64,000 nucleotides of DNA, from NCBI GenBank assembly GCA_010909165.1, contig MU008199.1, positions 204,248 through 268,247 on the forward strand, written 5' to 3'. The notes below the pieces were generated by a model that saw only the letters and a program-made list of their open reading frames with translations, was not told where the DNA came from and ran no database searches. Below, piece after piece: positions 11,846 to 25,439 of this stretch; within the stretch, counting starts at the first letter, position 1; every line of letters starts with the position of its first letter. Source of the DNA: Anthoceros angustus (Eukaryota; Plantae; Anthocerotophyta). The position numbers were made by a program, and so were the translations under genes.

Positions 11846-12720
11846 TCAGCGGTCCTTTTTCTGGAGGTGTTCCTCATATTGAGAAATTCGGATAATGTAC
11901 AAAGTTGTCTCCAGAAGCATGCCAAATATAATGCCCGCCGCTGCACCAGCTGAATGCTGCAGTAATAGCCAGCAAGAGAGTCCCCGTCAGCCAAGCAAAA
12001 TTGGACGGAAAAGTCTTACACCCGTCAATGGTGAGAAAGGATTACCAGAACTGGGTTGCTTTGAAACATTGCTCGGCACATGTAATAACCGACCAGGCAG
12101 CAAACGAACATGGTCACAGCCACATGGAGTCCTGCATCGGCTCCAAAATCTAGTCAGACCATTGCAGCAAGGGATGGACGCGTAACAACATGAAATCTCC
12201 AATCAGCAACCGCAATTACCGAATCCTAGTTGCTCTTTGTACGAGGAGAAGTACTCTGGTGGCGTCGCCTTCCCATCACTCACAAGCGCGTCATACTCCC
12301 TCCTGTCTGCTAGATCTTGCAACTTAGCCAACCTTTCCACCAGCTCCTTACTCTGAAACAGCATCACGTGTGTCCGTCTTCCAGTCACCCCACAAACCGA
12401 GACAGCCTTGAACGATTAGCAGAGAATTGTACCTTTACTCTGGGTGCTGGACTCTCCAGCACAAGCGTGCTCCCTGCAACAAGATTGTGGAACCGGCCCA
12501 GGTGTTTGGGGTACAAGAGCCACACATCCCGCAAAGCAGTGTACGGAACGGTGGCAGCACCTTCATGCTTCAGTGCCTCTTTTGCCGCATCAGCAGGGAT
12601 GACGCCCTCGTCGGTCAAATCACGCAATCGCCCAAGAAAATGTTGTATAGTTGGAGTGGAGCGCAGGAACAAAATTGGCCGATCTGCGCCATCTCCAGCT
12701 TCCTGCTCAACCTCTGTCAT
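11846..12720 (-). CDS. VMA12: V-ATPase ER assembly factor Vma12/TMEM199 homologue, multi-exon
   Basis: MTEVEQ...LVAGSTLVLESPAPRVK|SKELVERLAKLQDLADRREYDALVSD...YFSSYKEQLGFG|LHVAVTMFVCCLVGYY (TM1)...|HSAGAAAGIIFGMLLETTLYII (TM2)...LQKKDR*. Ends in a KKXX ER-retrieval motif. Confidence 0.85.
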
Positions 12721-12939
12721 ACCTCTGGTGAACGAAGAACTAGAACAAGGCACTCGACCCAACAATAACTCACTTTACAAAACCCCGCCGGCGTGCAACT
12801 CAAGTTTCAGCCCATTATTTCGACGGTCTAGGTTTTGTGCTTGCCGGCATTTTGCGCTCAGTGCGGGCTTGGAGTAGCTCGAAGTAGGTAGCGTTGGACA
12901 AACGGGTTTTCTATTGCGCGGTCGCCAAATTTGCGCACC
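12721..12939. promoter_or_regulatory. Probable bidirectional promoter shared by VMA12 and PAG1, with a site II/GCCCA core at 12810-12814
   Basis: The divergent ATGs are about 220 bp apart; AGCCCA motif present. Confidence 0.55.
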
Positions 12940-13782
12940 ATGAGCAGCATCGGCACAGGCTACGATTTGTCCGTGACCACATTCTCGCCGGACGGGCGCG
13001 TTTTCCAGATCGAGTATGCAACCAAGGCTGTGGACAACAGTGGTACGATGGCTGTCCAGCTGAGTCCAGTTTGTGTGGCTTGTTCTGGGTGATGCGTAGT
13101 TAGGGTTTTGATGCTGGGTGTTGCTGATGCAGGAACGGTGATTGGCATCAGGTGTAAGGATGGGGTGGTGCTGGGAGTGGAGAAGCTGATTGCTTCGAAG
13201 ATGCTGCTGGAAGGGAGCAACAGGAGGATCCACTCAGTGGACCGGCATGCGGGGATGGCCATGGCAGGGTTGGCAGCCGACGGGAGGCAGATAGTGAGCC
13301 AAGCTAGAAGCTCGGCGTTGGAATATCGGAACTTTTACGGGGAAGACATCGCCGTGAAGGAGTTGTGCAACAGGGTAGCCAGCTACGTGCACCTGTGTAC
13401 TCTCTACTGGTGGCTCAGACCGTTCGGATCGTCAGCGATTTTGGGAGGGTTTGACAGGGAGGGACCGCAACTGTACATGATCGAGCCTTCTGGGGTTGCT
13501 TACCGCTATTTTGGAGCTGCAATTGGAAAGGGCCGTCAGGCTGCCAAGACCGAGATCGAGAAATTGAAGCTCTCGGACATGACGTGCCGGGAGGGCGTAA
13601 TTGCGGTAGCCAAGATAATATACGGCGTGCACGACGAGGTCAAGGACAAGGCTTTCGAACTGGAAATGAGCTGGATTTGCGAAGAGTCTAAGAGGGAACA
13701 CCAGCGTGTGCCTGCTAATCTGCTAGCGGAAGCCGTCAGTGCTGCCAAGGCTGCACAAGAAGAGGACATGGATGCTGATTAA
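12940..13782 (+). CDS. PAG1: 20S proteasome subunit alpha type-3 (alpha7); single intron at 13043-13132
   Basis: [35 protein letters not shown]|[17 protein letters not shown]...[15 protein letters not shown]...[11 protein letters not shown]...EEDMDAD*. The 90-nt GT-AG intron restores the frame. Confidence 0.96.
13100..13108 (-). promoter_or_regulatory. Telo-box (AAACCCTAA) in the PAG1 intron
   Basis: TTAGGGTTT at 13100-13108; telo-boxes are common near the 5' ends of plant housekeeping genes. Confidence 0.35.
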
Positions 13783-14404
13783 TTTTCCATCATTAAGAAC
13801 TCAGCGGAGAGCTGGGACCATTTCTGAGTCGGACAGCTTTCTTTGCCTCCTTGTTTCTTTGAACTCACGGCATTCTGTACAAGCATTCTAGAATCGTGGC
13901 TCCTTCCATTCATTTCGCATCCTCCGAGCTTGCTCCAGTACTGGGAGCCCTGTCTGTGCCAATGCTTTATCAATCCGATGTTGAGAGAATATTTGAAGCT
14001 GTAAGAGTGGAGAGGGGAGCATGCCGACATGTGCATGTCATCCCCTGGGAAGCATCGTCTTGGAGCTGTACCATCAGCTTGATCGCCTCTACAGCCAAGT
14101 CCTTGACGTTTCGCCGTATGTACACTTCTGTAAACACGGGAAGCAAGCAGAAAATTGATGGGTGTGTAATTTGACACTTGTCAAGACCAGTTACATCAGC
14201 ACAGAGCTGATACGGACGTACATACTTCGAATAAACCAAAACCAGACGCCTCAATTCCAAAGGGGGAACACATCGAGACAGCAGTTTCTACTTGGCCTCT
14301 CCAAGTTGCACATCTTTCAAGTAACTTATTCCAATACGACAAAGAATGCGATTCTGATTTTCTACTTTGTACAAGACAGCTAACTGGAGGGACTGCCTGC
14401 ATTA

Positions 14405-17400
14405 CTACCGAGACCGAGTGAGCAAAAAATTCTCAAAGCCACTGTGTCGACCTGCAGTCCTCCTGCATGGCCGCCCACTCGGGCTCACTGAGTTCTCTGG
14501 AGAGTCCTTGAGCTCCTTGTTGGACTGTTGCAAACCCCACTGCGAAGGACTGGAAGCAGATTGCTGTTGTCCTCCCCATTTCTGCCGTCGCCCGGATTTT
14601 GACTTGCTGCTGCCACTTCTGCTGCTTCGCTTGCCCCGCACGATCAGAAAAGCTGGATCCTCATCTGAAGAAGCGGTTCTGCAAGCATAAAAGGAGTTAG
14701 GATAATGCAAGATACACAAGATCCAAAAAACCAGATAAGTTTATTCTAGCAGGCTCTCCTTTCAACAACAAGCAATAGGCCATACCTGCTAGAATCGAGA
14801 TCAACTACTCGTCCATCATGTGGCTTCTCCAGGCAATTTGCACAAATAAACTCTCTTGAATCCTCACATTCATGTCCCACTCCCTTCACATCACTGATAT
14901 CTGGTTCAGGAAGATTTATACAACTGTAATGGTACCATTCACTACACTGGTCACAGGCTATCATTGCACGGTCCTTATCATATGGTTTTCTACAAATACA
15001 ATACAGGACACTCCGTTCCTTTAAAGCCTGCATCATCACACAACAGCAGTTAGCTACATTAAATCTGGTCATCTATTTTCAAAATACCAAATTAAAAAAA
15101 AAGCTATCCGCACAAGTGGCAGCTCCTTCTACCAGTCATTATACACATACCGCAAGTTCCCTAGTTAAGGCCACAGGAAGCCTTTCACCTTCGGCCATCA
15201 AAGCATGCACATGATTCACAGGCATTTCTCCCAAGTCTCCAATTGCCTGCAGAAGAACAAAACTTGTTGCAGCCGTTGGGATCAAGGAATCGAACAGGAC
15301 ACAATAAGTCAACACCATGAACAAATCTCATAAACTGCAAACCTCCTTTGCACGAGAAGCCCATTGAGAGGCATAAGCTTCTATTTGCCTCAACTCCGTT
15401 AGGATGCAGTCCTCAAACGCCACTGGTATTGCGACACCCTGAATTCGAACACGCACGAGCAAGATTCTCTCACTGTTTGATAAGAGCACCCTGCAGGACA
15501 TTCTAAGGCAGCTTACACCATACCTCTTTCACGACACGGCTTAGTGCGCGGAGACTTGGTTTTGGAGGACCATCCACCAATTTCCTTGCTCTCATGCGCC
15601 ATGCATTGGCTGCTACAGCAACTTTGATTTTGGCCCCTTCCTCTTCCTGTACTTCCATGCCTCCCACAGCCTGGTAAGGAATCCATGAGCAGTCAATCAA
15701 GAATGAGGTGGTGGACAAAGTTGACCAAAAATCTTTGACCAGTCGCATGACATCACCAACCTTCAAGGCAGCCAAGAGAGCATAGCTGTCCACGTCTGTT
15801 TCAAAATTGTAATGTACTAGAGCAGGCCCAATAATGCTGCGGAGTCGGGCCTGCCATGTCTCCACCAGTCCAATGATACATTCCAACAGTTCTTTTTCTT
15901 CCATCCTGCAACCAGGTGACAATTGATATATAACAGGATAGCATGGAAGTAACTGGGTGTGAGTACTCTACTGCTTAATATCAGCTTTCTTTCTCTACCT
16001 GCAGCGAATAGACCTAGAAGCAGCTAGCAGTTCACGAAGAAGAGCCAAGGAGGGTCTCCTCCTAGAGACATGATTCTGCAAGGAATTTAGCATATGAACA
16101 TCAGCTTACAGCATGGCAGAAAAAAGAGTAACTAGTATGACATGGATACAGCCAGCTGCAGCATTTACCTTGGCAAACAACTCATCACTCAAAGCCAAAA
16201 CCCCTGTGGTGCAAACTGCAGTACAAAACGGACAAACATACTGCCTTTGACCCCTGGTGTGAGCTTGCAACAAGCCCAGGCATGTGGGATGGTACCTGGA
16301 AGCATACAGATGTGTGAGGATTACAGAAATTATTGCCATGCCACAGGCCATGGATCATGTCACTATGCAATTAGAGGTTACCAGTCTTCGCAAGAATCAC
16401 AGTGCAGCATGTTGCCAACGGAATGCTGCAGGGAATCTTGACAGATACACGCAAAGCTCTTGTATCCCTTGTTGTCATCTGTCCCCACCAGCTGCAACGC
16501 ATTCTCCACAGACTTTTGCATCTGCAGAAATCAAAAGGGGCAATAAGATAAGTGAACTCATCTCTAGAAAAGGAGATTCAAGGCATTTACACCACAAAAC
16601 AGCACTCTGCACAGACAACATACCTGAAGAAGCACTTGCCTCAAGGAGAAGCTGCCACAGACCGAGCGTCCCACAATGGCTTTAAAACATCGTGAGATCC
16701 AAGCTCCACCCTCGGCAAGCTCTGCATTCAACAATTCCATTTCCCTGTTCTCCACCGGATTTCCCTGACCAATAGCCTAACATGCCAAAGCACAGGGTGC
16801 ATCCGTAATCTTATGTCTTTTGCTGATGATATAAACTGACAACATTCTGACACACAGTATAGACCCAACCGATACCTGAAGCTCCATCAGCTCGGACCAG
16901 GACATGTGGGCAACACTACCACCAAGAACTTCACGTACATCCTTTTGCCAAGCTCTGCAGTCAGAATACTTTGAGTTCATTTTCTTCCTGGAACTACGAT
17001 CTACAGAGAAGTAAACACGGGACTATGCTCAAGCTTACCCGTTGGCTGTTATGATAAAACAGTTAGTTCTAAATATTTGTGAAATTAGAAAGACAACAGA
17101 ACACATGTTGAATACCTGTGGCCTGAAAGAATTTGTTGAAGGCGAGCCAATTCAGGGTTCCAAAGCCTATGCAAGCAAATATCAAAGTCCTGCAGAAACC
17201 CCATGCTATGAGAATCCCTTACCATGTCCAACGTAAAACCCAGAAAGATCTAGACTTCAAAAAAAAAACACCCCTCTCCACCTTTACCTGGGCTTCGACA
17301 ATCAGTTGCTCTAACTGCCCCTCACTGCATTTGCCCTTTGAACCGTGAGCTGGGAGAAGGGTGGATGTTCTACTCAGCCAACCTTCCAAACCAGCCAAGG

Positions 17401-20400
17401 CAGACTTTAATCTCTCTAACTTTCCCACGTCAACAGGTAGTTCCTTGCCTTCGGCTAGGATACACTTCAATTCCTGCAATCGATGTGACTTGTTGAGTGG
17501 AAACACAGGAGAAAACAAGCCAGATCTACATGCACTTTGCATTGAGTTAACATAGTCCAAACCTTCATGGTCGGGCCACCCAGGAGCAGCTTGCTGGCTT
17601 TGATGTCCCACTTTGTGACATACAGTAGGTGCTGCAACTCATAAACTTCTAAGACTTTGAATCCCAAAGCTGAGCCCTCTTTTAAAATTCTACCAAGCTT
17701 CTTCACCATGTCTTCCATCCTTGAAACACTTTCTTCATTGGCTTCAACCCCTCCCAATTCAATGGTTACTGCCTCTTTTAGTTCCCTGCACTTGCTTATC
17801 CATAACTCGACGTCCACCAAAACACAGGCCAGTTGCTCGACTTCAACTAGCTTGACAGCCAAAGATTTAGAATCTGCAACCAAAGACTAGAGACAGAGAA
17901 GAAGATTAGATTTTCTGATACTTCAACTTAACAACTCCACAACCAGACACATGACAGATATGGGACAGGGGTTATCAGAGTCGAAACCTGCAGGGCAGCC
18001 ACTGTCGGTGGTTCAGCTGATGAGTCTGTGGATCCATTTGCTTTGTGGACCAGCAGAGGCTGAGCCCGTTGGCGCCAGTCATTGGCTCTCTGAACAGCAT
18101 CCTGCAGTTCAGCAAGTCCAGCCATTGCCACTTGTATGCCTGATGCAGAACTGCAATACAATCCAGCTGGTCAGATTAATATAAAGGCAAGTATGTTCTG
18201 CCACTCCAAAAACAAATACCCAGAAGACAGAAGACAGACCAAACTCCAACCTTATGGCCTCAGTGAACTCATCCATGGAACCACCATCTTGCAATAACTG
18301 CTTCGCTCTTAACTCCCAGAGTACTGCCACGTCGGCTAAATCACGTATTTGGGTCAGAACTGTTGATTCTGGTAGCTCAAGCCTGGAAACATCACATAGC
18401 ATCAGATATGGACAACAAAAACTACATTTAAGAGTGTGAAACAAATCAGAAACAGGGTATCAATGACAGAGTGAATGGGCAGAAACCTAGTGGACTCTGC
18501 AAGAAGATCTGTGACTGTTTGGGTAGTAGGCAGCTCACGAACAGCCTGCTCAAGAAAGCAGAATTATTAGTGTTTAAACAAGAGGATCTGCTTTGGAAGA
18601 TGGACCGTACAGTCAAGGATATCTCGAATCTATGATAGCAAGACCAACCTTTGAGGCAGAGTACATCCAGGACAGCTTCCTTAACTGCTTCTGAACAACT
18701 TTCACCTCCGTAACAGCTGCACAGGACAAAAATGGTCAGACAAAAACTGACCCCAGGTAAAGTGCGGATTGAACAACCTTAAGCATCCACAACAGTACAT
18801 GTCAAAGGAAATGTGGAAAGATACCATAGACATCTAGCAACTCTCCTGCTGCAAGGAGATCATGTAGCAGCTTGATAGATAAATCGTTGTTGTCTGGCTG
18901 CTGAATATCAGTTAGAGACTCTTTTGCACGCAGGACCCAGTCACGAACTTTCCCTATCCGCTTTTCCAGCAGCTCAATTTCTGGAAGATGTACTGGCAGA
19001 TTCTCAGCTTCGAACAAGACCTCCTCTACTTCCTGCTTTGCAATGATGTCAGATTTACAAAGTTGTGGGAGGACATGCCTGAACTTTTGAAGAGAAATAA
19101 GCATCTAACGCACTGAGATCTATGACTTGACTGACACGTACTTGCAAGGAAGCAGCTCGTTGGAGCAATGTGTTGGCATGGCTCTGCCAATCTTCAATCT
19201 GCTTTGCCATAGCATCCAGGTCACTCCTTTCACCAACTACCACAGGCAGACGCTGTGCCTGCAACCAGAGTGACAAGGCATTGTCACAGAGTCATCTAAA
19301 CACTAGCTCCCTTAATCAGATCCATCTAACAAGAAGACCATACTTACCACCATCACAATGTCAGATGAGTGCAAACGCCTGAATGAAGCACAAAGAGAAT
19401 ACTGTCACTCACCTCAAACTGTAGCTTGTGAAGTTCCTCCAGGTCAGGGAGGTCATTTCTTGTTCGGTTGCGCAGAACTTTACCTGTGCTTAAAAATTTC
19501 CGAGCTCTCTGTGACCAATCCTGAAGGGACAGAAAGCAGATATTACTTGCTTCACATACCACTCAGATTGCTTCAAGTGGCAGTCTCAGTACATAAAACA
19601 CACTAGCCATCATGGACAACAGCAGAAGAAATGTCTCATCGGCTTGAACCCTTACGGGAACATTAAAAACTTAACCAGCTGGATAAGGGGCTCTCCTAGG
19701 ATCCCCAACTCTACACGAACCAGACACTAGGCACAGAACATTTCTCCCTCCCTCAAGTCCCTCACTCAGTAGTCCCTCTCCCCATCAGCAACACATGCTG
19801 GACTGCATGGTCGGAAGACAAATTCTCCCCGATACGAGCAGCTTCAATAGAATATATAGAGTCTTCAACACGACCACAAAGCAAAATCCATGAACTAACA
19901 TAATGACCTCAATGTACCTCGACATGCGCTGACGTGATTTTAGTATCCTTCTCACCTTGAGTACGAGAGCAAGTTCAGCAGCCAGCTCTCTTCTAATCTT
20001 GTTGTTCAACTTCTCTGCATTCTGAATTATGAAGGAGTGGTTGAGTAGTATGATTAACTAAACCGTTCTCATTGACTTATTTGGATGATTTATGTTTAGA
20101 CCAGATAGGAAGTACAGTGTTTCGGCATTAGAAAACATTTAGTAGGGAGCTGTGGGATGTGGTTAAAGAACATGCACTAACAAATCTTGAGAGAGTTAAA
20201 AGAAATGCACCTCCGCCTTGGCAATCATTTCCTTCATCTGCTGGAGCTCAGGAAGTTCAAAAGGAGCACGCAGTGCCTCTTCCTGGAGAGCCTCAATCGT
20301 TTTAATCTGCAAGGCGAGTACCAGTGACTGATCATCAGCATTACTCAGACGAGGATCGAACGAATCATGCACATGAAATACAGACCCAAGAAAATTAAGA

Positions 20401-23400
20401 TTTTCAGTATGATAGGCACCTCAAGGGGAGTGGTCGATTTCAAAGCTGTTTGGATTTGCTGCTGCAGAGTTCGTGCACTTGCCACCAATGCCTGAACCAC
20501 GGTGGAGCTCTCAGTAATCAAACCTTCACCTTCCAAAACCTGCAATCGAAGCTGCTACACCTGATGAGGCAACCAGCTGGGGAGCTCACCTGCAGCTTGG
20601 AGAAGTCCCCAGCACTACATGGAGGCTGAACAGCAAGGAGTTGCTCAGCAAGAAGGATCGAAACCCTTGGAGTCTTTGATCCAGAAGCTTGTACACATTG
20701 GTCAACTCCTGCAGTACAAGCTGCAATGTCCTGGGCCCACTTGCAAATCGTTGCCAGCTCACTTTCCAGCTGACGAACCTGTTTCACAGACATTCAGGAC
20801 AATTTAAGTCAAAGAGCACCAACACATTTTTGCACAAGGGCTTCCTTTGAGAGGACATACCTGGTCCATTTCATGACCAGCCCACATGAACTCTTCTGCC
20901 TCAATAACCAGGTCCTTGATTGCCCCCATAGATGGACACTGCTCCAATATGGATCTGGCCTGAGCGACCCATGTTTCTGCAAGCTCAACATGCCTAACAG
21001 AACGACCCTTCACCTGCAGGAAGAGAAAAGTGAACTAAGAAACTATGAACCCCTCATCCTTCCCTTCACGTGTGAACTCATTCATGGCCTGTGAGCAAAA
21101 CACCACCAGTATCAAACCTTTCTAGCCAAAGGACTAGCCAAAATACTTCGTCCACACTGTGTTCCACGAGGTTTCCGTCTAGTGGTCCTTGATCCAATTG
21201 ACAAGTCCTCCAATTTGGAGTCAACTGGCTCCAAAAGGTCATCCAGTTCTGCCAGAGAATATCGGTAAAGGAGACGTTGCTGATGGGTGCTGCATTCACA
21301 TAACTGCCTTGCGTGCTGCAGAGGAGGAGGCCATGAGATAATGGTTTACCAGTACAGCACAAAATTACAACAAGCAGCTCCAGTGGGTAAGGCATTAACC
21401 TGAAGACACACAGCTTTGCCGGGGCGACATTCACAAACCACAGCCGACACATGTAGGTAGTAGCGGCAGATGATGCACTCTGGATCCTGAGGGCAATGAA
21501 CCAGGAAAATCCATCACTACTGAGATCACCTCAGAAACAGGAGAAGAGTGCCTCGTAAGTAGCATGACAGAGCTGGACCAGTCTGATAATAACTGTGGGA
21601 AACTAAGCTCACCTCTTCCGTGCCAACATGCTCAGGCGAGCTGCGAGGAGTCATGCGAGAGCTTTTGACCAGTCCAGCTTTCCAAAGCTGCTCCCTCTGA
21701 CTTCGCTCAGTTGCTATTAGCCGCCCAACTTCGTCTTCTAGCCACTGATGGGCCCTTGCACCACCATCATTCTACACAAGAATCATTGGCACATGCCCCT
21801 ATGGAAGTTAGTGTCTGCAGAGGCAGGAATCACAAACAAGGACTTATACATGCATGAAGCATAGTAAGCTGCAAAACTGGGTTATCTGAACTCACCCTAG
21901 CGATGACACACAGCAGCTCATCATGAGATAGAACTGCAGACTTATGGTATAAGCGATAGCGTTCTACTGCAAAGCTACCATACGGCAACCAATCGACAGG
22001 TGCAAAATTTACAGCTTCTGCACAGTTGAAACCTGTGTGCCATGTCCCACCATAAGACCTCAAATCCACAACTCTTTTTTATCGCAATTTTAAATTCACA
22101 ACTCTGACCAACAACAGCTGATGAAGGGAAGTCCTATATCATAGTCAAGCCACTCACCATGATTGAAACCACCATGGTATGACTTTGGAAATGTTATGAC
22201 AAAATTTCTGGGCTCCTGATCAACATCATACCGCAGTGTAAAACATGGGTTTCAAACTGGGCATATATATGAGCTGAGAATATTCTAAACAACCATGCCA
22301 CTTACCTGCACTGTCGTGCAGACAGGCACGCCATTTTCCCTCAAAACAACCGGATTTAGCATGGTCACTAACTGGAACAGCAAATCAGGTTGAGCCTCAA
22401 ACAGATCAGGAAACGTCTTCCTCATAACCTGACCACCCAAACCACATCCACTAGAAGCAGTAAGCCCAATACACATCAGAAGACACTGGCCAATGCAAGC
22501 GACTATCAGTCGATAACAAATAGTATGCAGCTTCGCCTGCCATTCGTGTGGTGAACCTTGACTGACCTGCTCAAAGGCCTCCGCAGCACTCCCTGGGACG
22601 CTGTACCAAGTCTTTGGCTCTCCCCTGAACAAACAGCAAAAACATATTTAACTATTGGAAGTAACCAAAATTGAGAGGAAGACAGACATTATTCTGCACC
22701 ATCCCAACTACCCCAAAAATTGAGCAAATTATCATTCTTTTCATTCAGTGCCAAGTTGTGCAGCATGAAAATGGAAAAGTCCTACCTCTAGGCAAAGAGT
22801 GACCTGAGACATCAGAAAGGACTCTTACCAATGCATGTAGTTCACCGAGTAGAAGCAGTGGTCTTCATAGTGCCAGCAAAATGAGGAGAACAGCATCCCA
22901 ACATAAACCCATGGGACAATAACGCCAGGAATGTTATCATCCACCAGCCGCAACATTGAACCATTGAGCTTGGGAAAGTTGTTAAGATTCCATGGATTGT
23001 TTGCATGTCTCTCCCAAGCTGGATCCTTTGACACTGCACCTGTATCTGACTTGCGAGGAAAGCCGCTTCCATACACAGAAACATCCAGATCACTTCCATA
23101 GAGGACTTCCACAGGAGCAGTTGCCCTCTCAACCACACGCCAAAACTCCTTCTCAAGATCAGGGTATGATGTGGTACTACTTCCAAACCACTTCCTCTTG
23201 AAACGATCAGCCATGCGCCGGAATGCTTCCAGAGAATACTTCTGCCCTTGGCTAAATCCAAAGCTGTCCCTCTCTGATGCAACACAGTCTAAACAGTACC
23301 AATTTCCATGTGGAACAGCAGACAATGGTGGTGACAGGCAATACAGATGCCAACCTCGATCACACCGATCACACAACAGCATCATCTGCTCATGGGCTCC

Positions 23401-24300
23401 ACTGTTGCACTGTTCACAGATCTGGTCAGACCTTCCCTCCCTCTCCACTCCCCCCATCCCCTCCTCTAGCTTCAAACGCTTGCCTTCTGGAGAGAGAGCA
23501 CCAGTCTTACTGCCTTCTAAACCTGCAGGATCCCCTCCCTCCAGCAAATGCCGTTTTTTCCCATGCCCCAAACCCTCCGTCTCTATGTCAGTCTCATTCT
23601 GAAGCTGTCCTCTCCGCCCTGCTCGCTTCCCTTTGCACTTCACCTTCGCTTCAAGCTGTCTTGGAGTGCGGGAGTGCTTCATCGAACTGGCACTGGATTG
23701 ATACGCCTCATAACTAGCAAGATATTTCTCATAAAGCTGACACAAAATAACTGAGGCACTGCCTGATGCTGATGACTGCATGCACAGTGACGATATAGTG
23801 GTCTTCGGACGGACCATCCGTATGACCTCAACCCACTTCTTCTCCTGCTTGACTTTCTCAAAGCCTCCATGCCGCTTAACAGCATTGAAAAGCTTGCATA
23901 AGTCCAATTCCTCCCCATCAAAGATGGGCCAACTCTCAGGGGTGCGACCCTCCTTCAGTAAGTACCTCTCATACTCCAACTTAAACGTTTCAGCATCACA
24001 AGCTGCTGGTCTTTCTTGTAACTGATGAATAGCCTGCAGCTTGGTTGGGAAAGAAAACTTCTGCTGATCAAGGGCAAAAGGAGGATCCCAAGACTCGGGG
24101 GGGATGATTCGGCAAATACCGTAGGGCTCTGCCTGCGGTCTGATCTTTGAGATGTACTGCAACGGGTCCTGGAATTCTTCCTCAGTAGGGTGGAACACGG
24201 GTGCCTCTTGGATTGCAAGAGCACCTACGAGTCCTTCAGTCTTAGCTTCTACTTTCGGCCTTAGTGGAGGCAACTCAGCTTTCTGCCTGCCCCTGGCCAT
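14405..24300 (-). CDS. JMJ17: KDM5/JARID1-type H3K4 demethylase (JmjN-ARID-PHD-JmjC-C5HC2-PLU1-PHD), many exons
   Basis: Jmj[42 protein letters not shown]...[12 protein letters not shown], JmjC WHYEDH...YHGGFNHG (H-x-E...H intact), C5HC2 [17 protein letters not shown], later PHDs (HPTC...CPFC; CICRKPYD...[12 protein letters not shown]) and C-terminal [16 protein letters not shown] at 24300, TAG at 14405. Confidence 0.93.
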
Positions 24301-25212
24301 CCTCTGATGAAGCTGATTTCCTTGACCAACGTGGTCAATGCACAAACACACCCACGGCGTTCGGAGACCCCCGGCCTAAGAGAGCTGACCGGTGAGAGCC
24401 TGCCGAAATACGAGAGAACGGTCAGCTGACTCCATACGAGAGCACCAACAAAACGAGCCCACGAAGCTGATACCTGCCCGGACTAACGAAAGTGTGAAGG
24501 TGATCGGAAGTTTGTGCTCACCTCCTGTTTCACAACCGCCTCCATCACCAAATGGCATGTCACTCCATCGTAAGAGTCGATCTGCTCACCTACAACATAA
24601 ACCAGCCCTAAACGATGGTGATCTACACCGACTCTGCTCATGACATTCAGCTTACATCAAGAGCACAAATGAACGTCCGACCCAGCTTCGCAGCCACATG
24701 TCATCTCCAACCGCACATCCTTCCCTCACCCTGCCTCTCCGTTCCCATAATCAAGTATGGGGCCAGCACACTACAATGCCCGACCTACTTGATTGCAGCC
24801 CGCAAATCTCACATGTCACAATGACCAACCAGCCACAGGCAGGGGTAGATGCAAAACTTCAGTACTCCAGCAGAAGCATTCGATTTCGAACAGTCGAGAT
24901 CCAAGGAAAGCTCACCTGCTGTGGCCAACTTGTGCTCCACAAATAAAGATGTCACCGGCCAGCAAATCTAACACCACGACAAGCAGCAGGAGCATGGACA
25001 GAGGCGTGTCAGAGGAGAGGAAACAGAAGACAAACGGGACGGCAGAGCCCCGAGGTGGATGTAGCACGCCGCTGAAATACCAGAGCATGTAGAGCGAAAG
25101 GCATGACTTTCGTTGGAATTTGGTGAGCCGGATATTTCCGGACCGTTTCCCACAATATGTACCTATGTTTTACCAAATACGAAGTGATCGCTGGTGTTCA
25201 GCACCCATCTGA

Positions 25213-25294
25213 CACTACTTGTATGTATGTAGGTACATATATACAAGTAGTGGCCACTACTAGAATGTATGTAAGTATATATATATAAGTAGTG
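25213..25294. repeat. Two adjacent 40-bp palindromic units, each CACTACT...AGTAGTG
   Basis: Unit 25213-25252 has 18-bp arms with one mismatch and an AGGT loop. Unit 25255-25294 has the same ends. Confidence 0.85.
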
Positions 25295-25439
25295 GCAGAT
25301 ATAAACTCTTCGTATGTTTCATCATATTATCATTGTTGGATGATCATATTTGAATAGATCGAGTATTTATATTTTAGTAATTTAAGGGACTGATAAAAGC
25401 CCTACAAAATGTTATAACAGCATCCAAAAATGGGTAGAG

